NCBI GenBank assembly: GCA_024689505.1
Contig: JAILDJ010000082.1
Coordinates: 7,145 to 71,144, forward strand
DNA from: Clostridiales bacterium
GTDB lineage: Bacteria > Bacillota > Clostridia > Lachnospirales > Bianqueaceae
Direction of reading: 5' to 3'
DNA: 64,000 nt
Both the position numbers and the translations under genes were made by a program. This document shows positions 47,566 to 56,093 of the stretch, piece by piece (the first letter of the stretch is position 1; each line of letters opens with the position of its first letter). The notes beneath the pieces were generated by a model. That model searched no databases. It had not been told where the DNA came from and worked only from the letters and a program-made list of their open reading frames with translations.

Positions 47566-48496
47566 GATCGCGCGGGCGTTTTTTGAACAATATGGGAGGC
47601 CTATGCTGGAAGAACAATTCAGTCCGCAGCTTCCACAGATCGCGGTGGGCCTGATCGGCAGCGGTTCCGAATGCTTTGGCTTCGACGATGCGGTTTCCCG
47701 GGATCATGATTTTGAACCGGGTTTCATCATTTTCCTGCCGGATGAGGAGACGATCGACCGTCGTACTGCGTTTTTGATGGAGCGCGCATATACCAAACTG
47801 CCCAGAGAATTCATGGGTCTGAAACGTTCCTTGATGGCGCCTGTCGGTGGGCCGCGCCATGGTGTGATGCGTGCGGCAGAATTCTTCCAGGATAAAGTCG
47901 GAAGTCCGGACGGAACACTGAGTTTGTACCAGTGGCTGACCGTTCCGGAGGCTTCACTTGCGGAAGCGGTCAACGGGGAGATCTTTTATGACGGCCCCGG
48001 TACGGTGACCCGGATCCGGGCGTGTCTTGCCACCTACCCGGCGGATATCCGCCGCAAAAAACTTGCCTCCAGCCTCTTGCTCATGGCCCAGGCCGGGCAG
48101 TATAATTATACGCGGTGCCTCGCGCATGGTGAAAAGGCGGCGGCACAGTTGGCCGTGCATGAATTCGTCCAACATACGATGAAGGTCGTCTTCCTGCTGA
48201 ACCAGGTCTATGAACCCTACTATAAATGGAGCTTCCGGGCGATGCGCCGGCTGCCGAAGCTGGATCTGACGGCTGAAGTGCTGGAATATCTGCTGACGAC
48301 GGACAATGAACCGGAAATGGCGGAGGAGAAGTACGACGTGATCGAAGGCATCTGCGCAGACGTGATCGATGAATTGATCGACCAGGGGCTGACGGAGGCC
48401 AACTGTGGGGATCTCGAGAAGCATGCCTATTCCGTCAACGATGGGATCCTGGACGCGGAGCTGCGCAACATGCATATCCTTGCGGCGATCGATTAA
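47552..48496 (+). CDS. Pol-beta-type nucleotidyltransferase with DUF4037-like C-terminal domain
   Basis: IGSGSECFGFDDAVSRDHDF fits the hG[GS]-x9-13-Dh[DE]h pattern. It overlaps the TPR gene by 14 nt and ends 9 nt before nrdG. Confidence 0.6.
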   Translation: MQGLEIARAFFEQYGRPMLEEQFSPQLPQIAVGLIGSGSECFGFDDAVSRDHDFEPGFIIFLPDEETIDRRTAFLMERAYTKLPREFMGLKRSLMAPVGGPRHGVMRAAEFFQDKVGSPDGTLSLYQWLTVPEASLAEAVNGEIFYDGPGTVTRIRACLATYPADIRRKKLASSLLLMAQAGQYNYTRCLAHGEKAAAQLAVHEFVQHTMKVVFLLNQVYEPYYKWSFRAMRRLPKLDLTAEVLEYLLTTDNEPEMAEEKYDVIEGICADVIDELIDQGLTEANCGDLEKHAYSVNDGILDAELRNMHILAAID

Positions 48497-48505
48497 GGAG
48501 AGAAT

Positions 48506-49201
48506 ATGAAAATACATGGACTGCAAAAAATGACATTGCTGGATTATCCCGGCCACGTCGCCTGTACAGTTTTTTTAGGCGGCTGCGATCTTAGGTGCCC
48601 GTTCTGCCATAATTTCGAGCTTATCGATGGGACAGCGGAACCGATCATGGATGATCAGGAGCTGCTCGACTTTCTTAAGAAGCGGCAGGGCCTTTTGGAT
48701 GGTGTCGCGATCACCGGCGGCGAGCCTTGCCTGCGGCCGGATCTGATCGATCTGATCAAAGACATCCGGGCCTTGGGCTATCCTGTCAAACTGGATACGA
48801 ACGGACTGCATCCGGACGTTCTGAGGACTTTGGTGGAAGAGCGTCTGGTCGACTATGTGGCTATGGATGTCAAGAACGCACCGGAACACTATGCCACAAC
48901 ATCTGGGGTCGAAACGATCGACCTTGATAAGATCCGGGAGAGCATTTCCATCTTGATGGAAGGTCCGGTGGACTACGAATTCCGTACGACCGTGATCGAT
49001 CAACTGCATACGGCACAAGATATGGAGGGGATCGGCGCATTGATCCGAGGGGCGAAGCGCTTCTTCCTGCAGGCCTTCACAGACCGGGATTCCGTTCCGT
49101 TCTCGGGTTTTTCCGCACCAAGTGCCGAGAAGATGCGTATTTATGCGGATATCGTGGGAAAATATGTACAGGAAACTACCATCCGTGGTGTGGACCTTTG
49201 A
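48506..49201 (+). CDS. nrdG: Anaerobic ribonucleoside-triphosphate reductase activating protein (radical SAM)
   Basis: CDLRCPFCHN (CxxxCxxC) and GVAITGGEP. 231 aa. Confidence 0.88.
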   Translation: MKIHGLQKMTLLDYPGHVACTVFLGGCDLRCPFCHNFELIDGTAEPIMDDQELLDFLKKRQGLLDGVAITGGEPCLRPDLIDLIKDIRALGYPVKLDTNGLHPDVLRTLVEERLVDYVAMDVKNAPEHYATTSGVETIDLDKIRESISILMEGPVDYEFRTTVIDQLHTAQDMEGIGALIRGAKRFFLQAFTDRDSVPFSGFSAPSAEKMRIYADIVGKYVQETTIRGVDL

Positions 49202-49208
49202 CAAAACA

Positions 49209-49255
49209 CCACAACATCTGTAGATTTTTAAAAATTTGACCACAAGATATTGACA
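49209..49255. promoter_or_regulatory. Two NrdR-box-like repeats spaced 31 bp apart
   Basis: CCACAACATCTGTAGA (49209-49224) and CCACAAGATATTGACA (49240-49255). The second matches the consensus at 11 of 16 positions. The 31-bp spacing equals the known tandem-box spacing. The second box overlaps the -35 element. Confidence 0.45.
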
Positions 49256-49278
49256 AAGTCCTTTCTTGGGCGTATGAT
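49250..49278 (+). promoter_or_regulatory. nrdD promoter
   Basis: TTGACA (49250-49255), 17 nt, then TATGAT (49273-49278). Confidence 0.55.
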
Positions 49279-49343
49279 AGTCGTGTTCGCTCCGCAAGAT
49301 GGAGCGTTTATGATGTATCAACAGTCCAAGGGGGATTTTTTTC

Positions 49344-51740
49344 ATGTATCAGGTTGTTAAGAGAGATGGCAAGGTCGTAGAATTTACGATCTCCAAGATC
49401 AGTGCGGCGATCACCAAAGCGTTCGAAGCACTGCAGAAGCAGTATCATCCCAGCGTCATCGAACTGCTGGCACTTCATGTCACTTCCGACTTTGAAAGCA
49501 AGATCAAGGACGGAAAGATCGCGGTCGAGGATATCCAGGACAGCGTAGAAAAGGTCCTGTCCGAGTCCGGTTATGCGGACGTCGCGAAAGCCTATATCTT
49601 GTACCGCCGTCAGCGCGAGAAGGTCCGTAATGTCAATTCCGCACTGCTGAACTATAAGGATCTGGTCGACAATTATCTGAAGATCAACGACTGGCGCGTC
49701 AAGGAGAATTCCACCGTTACGTATTCCGTCGGCGGTCTGATCCTGTCCAACTCCGGCGCGATCACGGCCAACTACTGGCTGAGTGAAGTCTATGATGAGG
49801 AGATCGCGGAAGCGCACAGAAGCGCGGCCATCCATCTGCACGACCTGTCCATGCTGACCGGCTACTGCGCAGGCTGGAGCCTGAAGCAGCTCATCCAGGA
49901 AGGTCTGGGCGGTGTACCCGGCAAGATCACTTCCGCACCGGCCAGCCACCTGTCCACCCTCTGCAACCAGATGGTCAACTTCCTGGGTATCATGCAGAAC
50001 GAGTGGGCCGGCGCACAGGCATTCTCTTCTTTCGATACATATCTGGCACCCTTCGTCAAGATCGACAACCTGAGCCAGCGTGAAGTCAAACAGTGCATCC
50101 AGTCCTTCATCTATGGCGTCAACACGCCGTCCCGCTGGGGTACGCAGGCGCCGTTCTCCAACATCACTCTGGACTGGGTCGTCCCGAACGACCTGAAGAA
50201 CCTGCAGGCCATCGTCGGCGGCAAGGAGCAGGATTTCACCTATGGCGACTGCCAGAAGGAAATGGATATGGTCAACAAGGCCTTCATCGAGATCATGATC
50301 GAGGGCGATGCCAACGGCCGCGGTTTCCAGTATCCGATCCCCACGTATTCCATCACCCGCAATTTCGATTGGTCCGAGACCGAGAACAACAAGCTGCTCT
50401 TCGAGATGACGGCCAAATACGGCACTCCGTATTTCTCCAACTATATCAATTCCGATATGGAGCCGTCCGACGTCCGCTCCATGTGCTGCCGTCTGCGTCT
50501 GGACCTGCGCGAACTGCGTAAAAAGTCCGGTGGCTTCTTTGGTTCCGGTGAGTCCACTGGTTCCATCGGTGTCGTCACCATCAATATGCCGCGTATCGCC
50601 TATCTGGCGAAGGATGAGGCGGACTTCTACAAGCGTCTGGATACTTTGATGGATATCTCCGCGCGCTCTCTGAAGACCAAACGTACCGTCATCACCCGTC
50701 TGCTGGAGAACGGCCTGTATCCGTACACCAAGCGGTATCTGGGCACGTTCAGCAACCATTTCTCCACCATCGGCCTGATCGGTATGAACGAAGTCGGCCT
50801 GAACGCGAAGTGGCTGCGTGCGGACCTGACCGATGCGAAGACCCAGCGTTTCACCCGCGACGTCCTCAATCATATGCGTGAGCGCCTCTCCGATTATCAG
50901 GAGAAGTACGGTGATCTGTACAACCTGGAGGCGACGCCGGCCGAGTCCACGACCTATCGTTTCGCGAAGCACGATAAAGAGCAGTATCCGGATATCATCA
51001 CCGCCAACATGAACGGGACTCCGTACTACACCAATTCGTCCCATCTGCCGGTCGGTTATACCGAAGACGTGTTCTCCGCACTGGATATCCAGGACGATCT
51101 GCAGACGCTGTACACCTCCGGTACCGTCTTCCATGCCTTCCTGGGCGAGAAGCTTCCGGATTGGAAAGCGGCCGCCAACCTGGTCCGCAAGATCGCGGAA
51201 AACTACAAACTGCCGTACTACACCATGTCTCCGACCTATTCGGTCTGCAAGGATCATGGCTATCTGACCGGCGAGCAATACACCTGCCCGATCTGCGGTC
51301 AGAAGACCGAGGTCTATAGCCGTATCACCGGTTACTATCGTCCGGTCCAGAACTGGAACGATGGCAAGGCGCAGGAGTTCAAAGATCGTAAGGTCTATAA
51401 CATCGGTCGTTCCCGCCTGTCCCACACCGGTCCGATCCCGGCTCCGGTCGATACCGTTCCGGAAGTCCAGACAACTGCTGCCGAACCTGAGGTCCGTGTC
51501 GAAGCAGCGGACGAGACCGTCATCCTGTTCAAGACGCCCACCTGCCCGAATTGCCGCACCGCGGAAGCTCTGTTGGGCAAAGCCGGCGTGTCCTACGCGG
51601 CGAAGAACGCCAATGAGGAGCGTGAGCTTGTCGAGAAATTCGACATCCGCCAGGCGCCGACGCTGGTCCTGGTACATGGGGATACGTTCGAGAAATATCG
51701 CGGCGTTTCCGATATCAAAGGCTGGCTGAAGAACAAATAA
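49344..51740 (+). CDS. nrdD: Anaerobic (class III) ribonucleoside-triphosphate reductase with N-terminal ATP-cone and C-terminal thioredoxin-fold extension
   Basis: ATP-cone (MYQVVKRDGKVVEF), SMCCRLRLD, zinc-site cysteines (CPICG) and the glycyl-radical motif SRITGYYRPV. A 35-aa P/A/E/T linker follows, then a 75-aa module with TPTCPNC (51513-51737). Confidence 0.9.
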   Translation: MYQVVKRDGKVVEFTISKISAAITKAFEALQKQYHPSVIELLALHVTSDFESKIKDGKIAVEDIQDSVEKVLSESGYADVAKAYILYRRQREKVRNVNSALLNYKDLVDNYLKINDWRVKENSTVTYSVGGLILSNSGAITANYWLSEVYDEEIAEAHRSAAIHLHDLSMLTGYCAGWSLKQLIQEGLGGVPGKITSAPASHLSTLCNQMVNFLGIMQNEWAGAQAFSSFDTYLAPFVKIDNLSQREVKQCIQSFIYGVNTPSRWGTQAPFSNITLDWVVPNDLKNLQAIVGGKEQDFTYGDCQKEMDMVNKAFIEIMIEGDANGRGFQYPIPTYSITRNFDWSETENNKLLFEMTAKYGTPYFSNYINSDMEPSDVRSMCCRLRLDLRELRKKSGGFFGSGESTGSIGVVTINMPRIAYLAKDEADFYKRLDTLMDISARSLKTKRTVITRLLENGLYPYTKRYLGTFSNHFSTIGLIGMNEVGLNAKWLRADLTDAKTQRFTRDVLNHMRERLSDYQEKYGDLYNLEATPAESTTYRFAKHDKEQYPDIITANMNGTPYYTNSSHLPVGYTEDVFSALDIQDDLQTLYTSGTVFHAFLGEKLPDWKAAANLVRKIAENYKLPYYTMSPTYSVCKDHGYLTGEQYTCPICGQKTEVYSRITGYYRPVQNWNDGKAQEFKDRKVYNIGRSRLSHTGPIPAPVDTVPEVQTTAAEPEVRVEAADETVILFKTPTCPNCRTAEALLGKAGVSYAAKNANEERELVEKFDIRQAPTLVLVHGDTFEKYRGVSDIKGWLKNK

Positions 51741-51753
51741 TCGTTTGACCAAT

Positions 51754-51790
51754 AAAGGCAGCGCCTGCGCGATCACAGGACGCTGCCTTT
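51754..51790 (+). terminator. Terminator-like hairpin after nrdD
   Basis: AAAGGCAGCG (51754-51763) pairs with CGCTGCCTTT (51781-51790). The T-tract is weak. Confidence 0.5.
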
Positions 51791-51818
51791 CCCTTAAAGA
51801 AAAGAAAGCAGTACGAAC

Positions 51819-52763
51819 ATGCAGTATACTACGATCCGCATGGGAGATGGGACCGAAAGAAAGATCTCCCGATTGGTATTAGGCTCGGTACATTTCGGCA
51901 CGATGATCTCACAGGACGATGCTTTCCGGATGATGGATATGTTTTGGGAAGCAGGGGGCAACGCCATCGATACGGCGCGCGTCTACGGGTCCTGGATCCC
52001 GGGGGAAGAAGCGCCGAGCGAAAGGACGATCGGGGCTTGGGTCAGGGCTCGCGGTCTTGAAAAAGAAGTTTTCATCATGACCAAAGGCGCACATCCGCCG
52101 ATGGAAGATATGCATCACAGCCGCTTGTCCCGTGAGGACATCCTTTTTGATGCAGAACGCAGCGTGGAGATCTTAGGGCTCCCGAAAATCGACCTGTACT
52201 ATCTGCATCGTGATGATGTGTCCCGTCCTGTATCCGATATCATGGGCAGTCTGGACGAGGCCATGCGCAAACTGCCGATCCTGGCCATCGGCGCCTCCAA
52301 TTGGCGTGCGGACCGCATCAGAGAGGCCAATGCGTTTGCGGCATCGGCGGACATCGCTCCTTTCACTGCCAGTGAACTGCGCTGGAGCTATGTGCAGTTC
52401 CCGGAAGGATTTGGTGATGACACGCTGGTCACGATGGATGCGCAGGAGTATACGGCTTACATCCGGATGGATCTGGCCGTCATGGCATATTCTTCCCAAG
52501 GGAACGGTCTGTTCCTGAAAGGATACGCACCGGACCTTTCGGATCTTCCGGAGCGGATCCGGTTCATGGCCACGGAAGAGAACATTGCCCGGTATAGAAG
52601 GCTGCTCGCGGCCACAAAGGAACAGGGGATCAGCCCCTCACGTTATGTGATCCGACATATCACGGACGATCCGAATCTGAACGCACTGGCCTTGGTCGGA
52701 TGCTCAAAGATCGAACAATTGAAACAATCATTGGAAGCCATGGAGGAGATCGAACATGTATGA
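51819..52763 (+). CDS. Aldo/keto reductase
   Basis: 314 aa with NAIDTARVYG, LHRDD and the (beta/alpha)8 AKR pattern. Confidence 0.8.
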   Translation: MQYTTIRMGDGTERKISRLVLGSVHFGTMISQDDAFRMMDMFWEAGGNAIDTARVYGSWIPGEEAPSERTIGAWVRARGLEKEVFIMTKGAHPPMEDMHHSRLSREDILFDAERSVEILGLPKIDLYYLHRDDVSRPVSDIMGSLDEAMRKLPILAIGASNWRADRIREANAFAASADIAPFTASELRWSYVQFPEGFGDDTLVTMDAQEYTAYIRMDLAVMAYSSQGNGLFLKGYAPDLSDLPERIRFMATEENIARYRRLLAATKEQGISPSRYVIRHITDDPNLNALALVGCSKIEQLKQSLEAMEEIEHV

Positions 52764-53670
52764 TATCATCGTCGTCGGCGGAGGCCCTGCCGGCATGACC
52801 GCGGCCCTGTACGCCCGCCGCAATGGAAAAAGTGTGCTCGTCATCGAGAAAAACGGTTTCGGAGGGCAGATCACCCATTCTCCGAAGGTTGAAAATTATC
52901 CTGGATTCTACAGTGTCAGCGGCAATGAACTGGCGGAAAAGATGCTGGAACAGATCCTGGAGCAGGAAGCGGAGATCGAAGTCGAGACCGTGACCGACGT
53001 CCGCAGAGGAGATGGACTGTGGGAAGTCGAGACGGAAGAAGGCAGCACCTATGAAGGCCGCGCTGTCATCCTGGCGACCGGCGTCAAGCACCGCATGCTC
53101 GGTCTCGAAAAGGAAGAAGAACTGGTGGGAGAAGGTATCTCTTTCTGCGCTGTCTGTGATGGTGATTTTTATACCGGTAAAAAGGTCTGCATGATCGGTG
53201 GCGGCAACTCCGCGCTGCAGGAAGCGATCCTGCTTTCCGAAAAATGCAGTGAAGTCATCGTGCTGCAGGATCTGCCGTATTTTACCGGTGAGCAGCGCCT
53301 GCAGGACATCCTGTTTGCGAAAGATAACGTCACGTCGTTCACAAATCAGAAGATCGTCCGTCTGCTGACGGATGATAACGGTTTCTGTGGCCTGGAGACA
53401 GAGGATAAGGTGACAGGCGAGCTCCGTACCATTCCTTGTGACGGTACTTTCGTCGCCATCGGCTTGATCCCGGAGAACGAACCCTTCGTACAGGTGGCGG
53501 ATCTGAACGCCTATGGGTATTTCGATTCGGATGAATCCTGCACGACGCGTACGGAAGGCATCTTCGTAGCCGGGGACTGCCGCAGCAAGCAGATCCGTCA
53601 GGTCGCCACGGCGATCGCGGATGGCGCTACAGCCGCATTGGCCGCCTGCCGGTACATCAACGAGAATTAA
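52756..53670 (+). CDS. trxB: Thioredoxin-reductase-like flavoprotein (low-Mr TrxB fold, non-canonical pyridine-nucleotide site)
   Basis: GGGPAGMTAA (FAD), redox CAVCDG and GGGNSALQEA. LQDLPYF stands where canonical TrxB has HRRDxFRA. Confidence 0.75.
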   Translation: MYDIIVVGGGPAGMTAALYARRNGKSVLVIEKNGFGGQITHSPKVENYPGFYSVSGNELAEKMLEQILEQEAEIEVETVTDVRRGDGLWEVETEEGSTYEGRAVILATGVKHRMLGLEKEEELVGEGISFCAVCDGDFYTGKKVCMIGGGNSALQEAILLSEKCSEVIVLQDLPYFTGEQRLQDILFAKDNVTSFTNQKIVRLLTDDNGFCGLETEDKVTGELRTIPCDGTFVAIGLIPENEPFVQVADLNAYGYFDSDESCTTRTEGIFVAGDCRSKQIRQVATAIADGATAALAACRYINEN

Positions 53671-53671
53671 G

Positions 53672-54517
53672 ATGGAAACAGAGCGTATAGAACGGCAGGA
53701 AAAGATCGAACAGAGCATCCGCAAGAAGTTCCACAAAGAATTATTCAGCCGCTTTGCGCGCGCGGTGCGTGACTACCAACTGGTCCAGGAGGGGGACCGT
53801 ATCGCGGTCTGTATCTCCGGCGGTAAGGATTCCATGCTGATGGCAAAACTGTTCCAGGAACTTCAAAAGCATCGCAAGGTCCATTTCGAACTGATCTTCC
53901 TTTGCATGGATCCGGGCTATAACGAGGAGAACCGGCGAGCGATCGAAGAGAACGCGAGCATCCTGGGCATCCCTTTGACCATTTTCGAGTCCCCCATCTT
54001 CGATACGGTGGATGTGATCACGGAATCCCCTTGCTACCTGTGCGCGCGCATGCGGCGTGGATATCTGTACAGCAATGCAAAAAAGCTGGGCTGCAATAAG
54101 ATCGCGCTGGGTCATCATTTCGACGATGTGATCGAAACCACGCTGATGGGCATGCTGTATGGCGGACAGATCCAAGGCATGATGCCCAAACTGCACAGCA
54201 CCAATTTTGAAGGCATGGAACTGATCCGGCCTATGTACTGCATCCGCGAGGAGGACATCAAACGGTGGCGGGATTACAATGGCCTGACGTTTTTACAATG
54301 CGCCTGCCATTTCACGGCCAATATCGAAGACTTTGATAATGGCAGCAGTAACTCGAAACGGCATGAAATAAAGAACTTGGTTGCGGAATTGAAGAAAGTC
54401 AACGACAACGTCGACATGAACATCTTCCGCAGCATCGAAAACGTCCATTTAGATACACTCCGTGGCTATAAACAGAATGGGATGTACCATTCGTTCCTCG
54501 ATACATATGATTCCTGA
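53672..54517 (+). CDS. ttcA: PP-loop ATPase, tRNA 2-thiocytidine synthase TtcA-like
   Basis: VCISGGKDSM (SGGKDS PP-loop), CYLCARMRRG and HHFDD. The ATG at 53672 lies 1 nt after the trxB stop. Confidence 0.8.
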   Translation: METERIERQEKIEQSIRKKFHKELFSRFARAVRDYQLVQEGDRIAVCISGGKDSMLMAKLFQELQKHRKVHFELIFLCMDPGYNEENRRAIEENASILGIPLTIFESPIFDTVDVITESPCYLCARMRRGYLYSNAKKLGCNKIALGHHFDDVIETTLMGMLYGGQIQGMMPKLHSTNFEGMELIRPMYCIREEDIKRWRDYNGLTFLQCACHFTANIEDFDNGSSNSKRHEIKNLVAELKKVNDNVDMNIFRSIENVHLDTLRGYKQNGMYHSFLDTYDS

Positions 54518-54523
54518 TAAAGG

Positions 54524-54595
54524 TGTGCCGATAGTTGCAAACACACGCTTACTGCGCTGACGCGCAAAGATGCGTGTGTTTGTATCTATCGGCAC
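54524..54595. terminator. Long bidirectional terminator hairpin between ttcA and the GH32 gene
   Basis: GTGCCGATAG...CAAACACACGC pairs with GCGTGTGTTTG...CTATCGGCAC, followed by ATTTTT. Confidence 0.7.
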
Positions 54596-54623
54596 ATTTT
54601 TAGTTTGGATCGAGTGGATAGGA

Positions 54624-56093
54624 TCAGATGATAAAATCGTCTGTTACGGAGGGCTTTAATTCCCAAATATGAAGTGACGCGTCACCTTGCAGACATAGAT
54701 CATGTTCGTTGGACAAGGGGAAAGCGCGGGTGGTGAAGACGGCTTCTCCATCATTGACGAAGATCTCAACGGAGCTGTGGTCGATGAAGATGCGCATGTG
54801 ATGCAGGCCTTTCGGCAGCGGACGGGTACGGACTTCACCTTGATCGATGTGGAAACGGCGTGTCATGCCGGAGCGATCGACGGAAAGGGTACGTACTGTA
54901 TCATCATAGGTGATACGGATACCGCCTGTGCCATCCTCTTTTGCGAGGACCGACAACGTCATGTCACCGCCACGGGCGATGAATTCGACTTCACAGGCTT
55001 TCGGCAAAGCGATCGTGTGGGGTTCTCCCACCAGTTCCAGTTCTTTCCCGCGCAGGGATTTTAAGCCTGTCAGCGGCTGCTGGATCAGTCGGCGTCCGCG
55101 CACGGTCAAGGAGCGGGGCAGTGTCAGGCAGCCCTGCCAATCCTCTTCATCCGTGGGATACGCTGCATCTGGCAGACCCATCCACGCAATGATCGCTTCG
55201 CTGTCATTGTTTTCAGAATCCAGGGCGACACATTCCGCCGCATAAGAATCAAAACCAAAATCCAGTACATGGAACTGACCATGAGGATTGAAAGTAAGGG
55301 TGTCCCAATCCATGTCCCCCAGGATATATCCATTGTGATGGACGGTATCGCCTCGACCTTCCAGTTTCAGATGCTGGGGGCAGAAGAGCAGGACGTCCTG
55401 TCCGCTGATACTTTCGATGGAGGGACATTCCCACATGTCGCCGAAATCCTCATATCCAGGCACCTTGAGCTCGCCGGCGAAGACCCAGTCGCGATCCGGC
55501 GCAGGGGCTTTGTAGACCAGAACGCGTCCGTGTTTCGCTTCATTCTGTGCGCCGAGCACGATGTAGAACTGACCATTTTTCGCGATGATCTTGGGATCAC
55601 GCTGGTGTTCCGTATAACCTGGCGCAGGGCCAAACAAAGGTTTCGCCGCTTTGACGGGGTTTCCTTTATCTTTCAGGTCGACCAAGCAGGTGTAAGGAAT
55701 GCGCGTCCAGTCCTCATCCCGGTGATTGCCGGTATAGTACAGGAAAAGATCATCCTGCATGGGCAGGGAGGATCCGGAATAAGCGCCTTTATTGTCAAAT
55801 TCCGTGTCCGGACGGATGCAGACGCCCAGATTCTTCCAGGTGACAAGATCCTCCGAGACGACGTGATACCAGTATTTCAGACCATGCACAGCCCCCCAGG
55901 GACACCATTGATAGAATAAGTGCCACCTGCCATCATGGAAAACGAAACCGTTGGGATCATTCAAAAGACCGGTGACCGGTTGGATGTGATAGGTCTGGCG
56001 ATAGGGAGAAGTTACGATAGCTTCATGCAGCGGGCGGATCTGTTCCGGATCCTCAAGGACCCGATAGCGTTCTTCTTTTGTCCAGGTTTTCAT
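54624..56093 (-). CDS. GH32 beta-fructofuranosidase / sucrose-6-phosphate hydrolase
   Basis: LLNDPNGFVFHDGRWHLFYQW, QRDPKI and MWECPS. 489 aa with no signal peptide. Confidence 0.88.
   Translation of the reverse strand: MKTWTKEERYRVLEDPEQIRPLHEAIVTSPYRQTYHIQPVTGLLNDPNGFVFHDGRWHLFYQWCPWGAVHGLKYWYHVVSEDLVTWKNLGVCIRPDTEFDNKGAYSGSSLPMQDDLFLYYTGNHRDEDWTRIPYTCLVDLKDKGNPVKAAKPLFGPAPGYTEHQRDPKIIAKNGQFYIVLGAQNEAKHGRVLVYKAPAPDRDWVFAGELKVPGYEDFGDMWECPSIESISGQDVLLFCPQHLKLEGRGDTVHHNGYILGDMDWDTLTFNPHGQFHVLDFGFDSYAAECVALDSENNDSEAIIAWMGLPDAAYPTDEEDWQGCLTLPRSLTVRGRRLIQQPLTGLKSLRGKELELVGEPHTIALPKACEVEFIARGGDMTLSVLAKEDGTGGIRITYDDTVRTLSVDRSGMTRRFHIDQGEVRTRPLPKGLHHMRIFIDHSSVEIFVNDGEAVFTTRAFPLSNEHDLCLQGDASLHIWELKPSVTDDFII

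Noticed and set aside
49308-51776. An 822-aa ORF on the minus strand antisense to nrdD. Similar very long antisense ORFs occur at 16601-18076, 17976-19322, 28630-29994, 11698-13011, 3086-4177, 40023-41228, 39043-40134 and 26809-27876.
   Set aside because: Each lies entirely inside a confidently identified sense-strand gene. Their translations are Arg/Gly/Asp/His-rich low-complexity strings with no recognisable motifs. They are explained by the scarcity of the sense codons TTA, CTA and TCA in this codon usage, which removes stops from the opposite strand. There is no evidence for overlapping genes.
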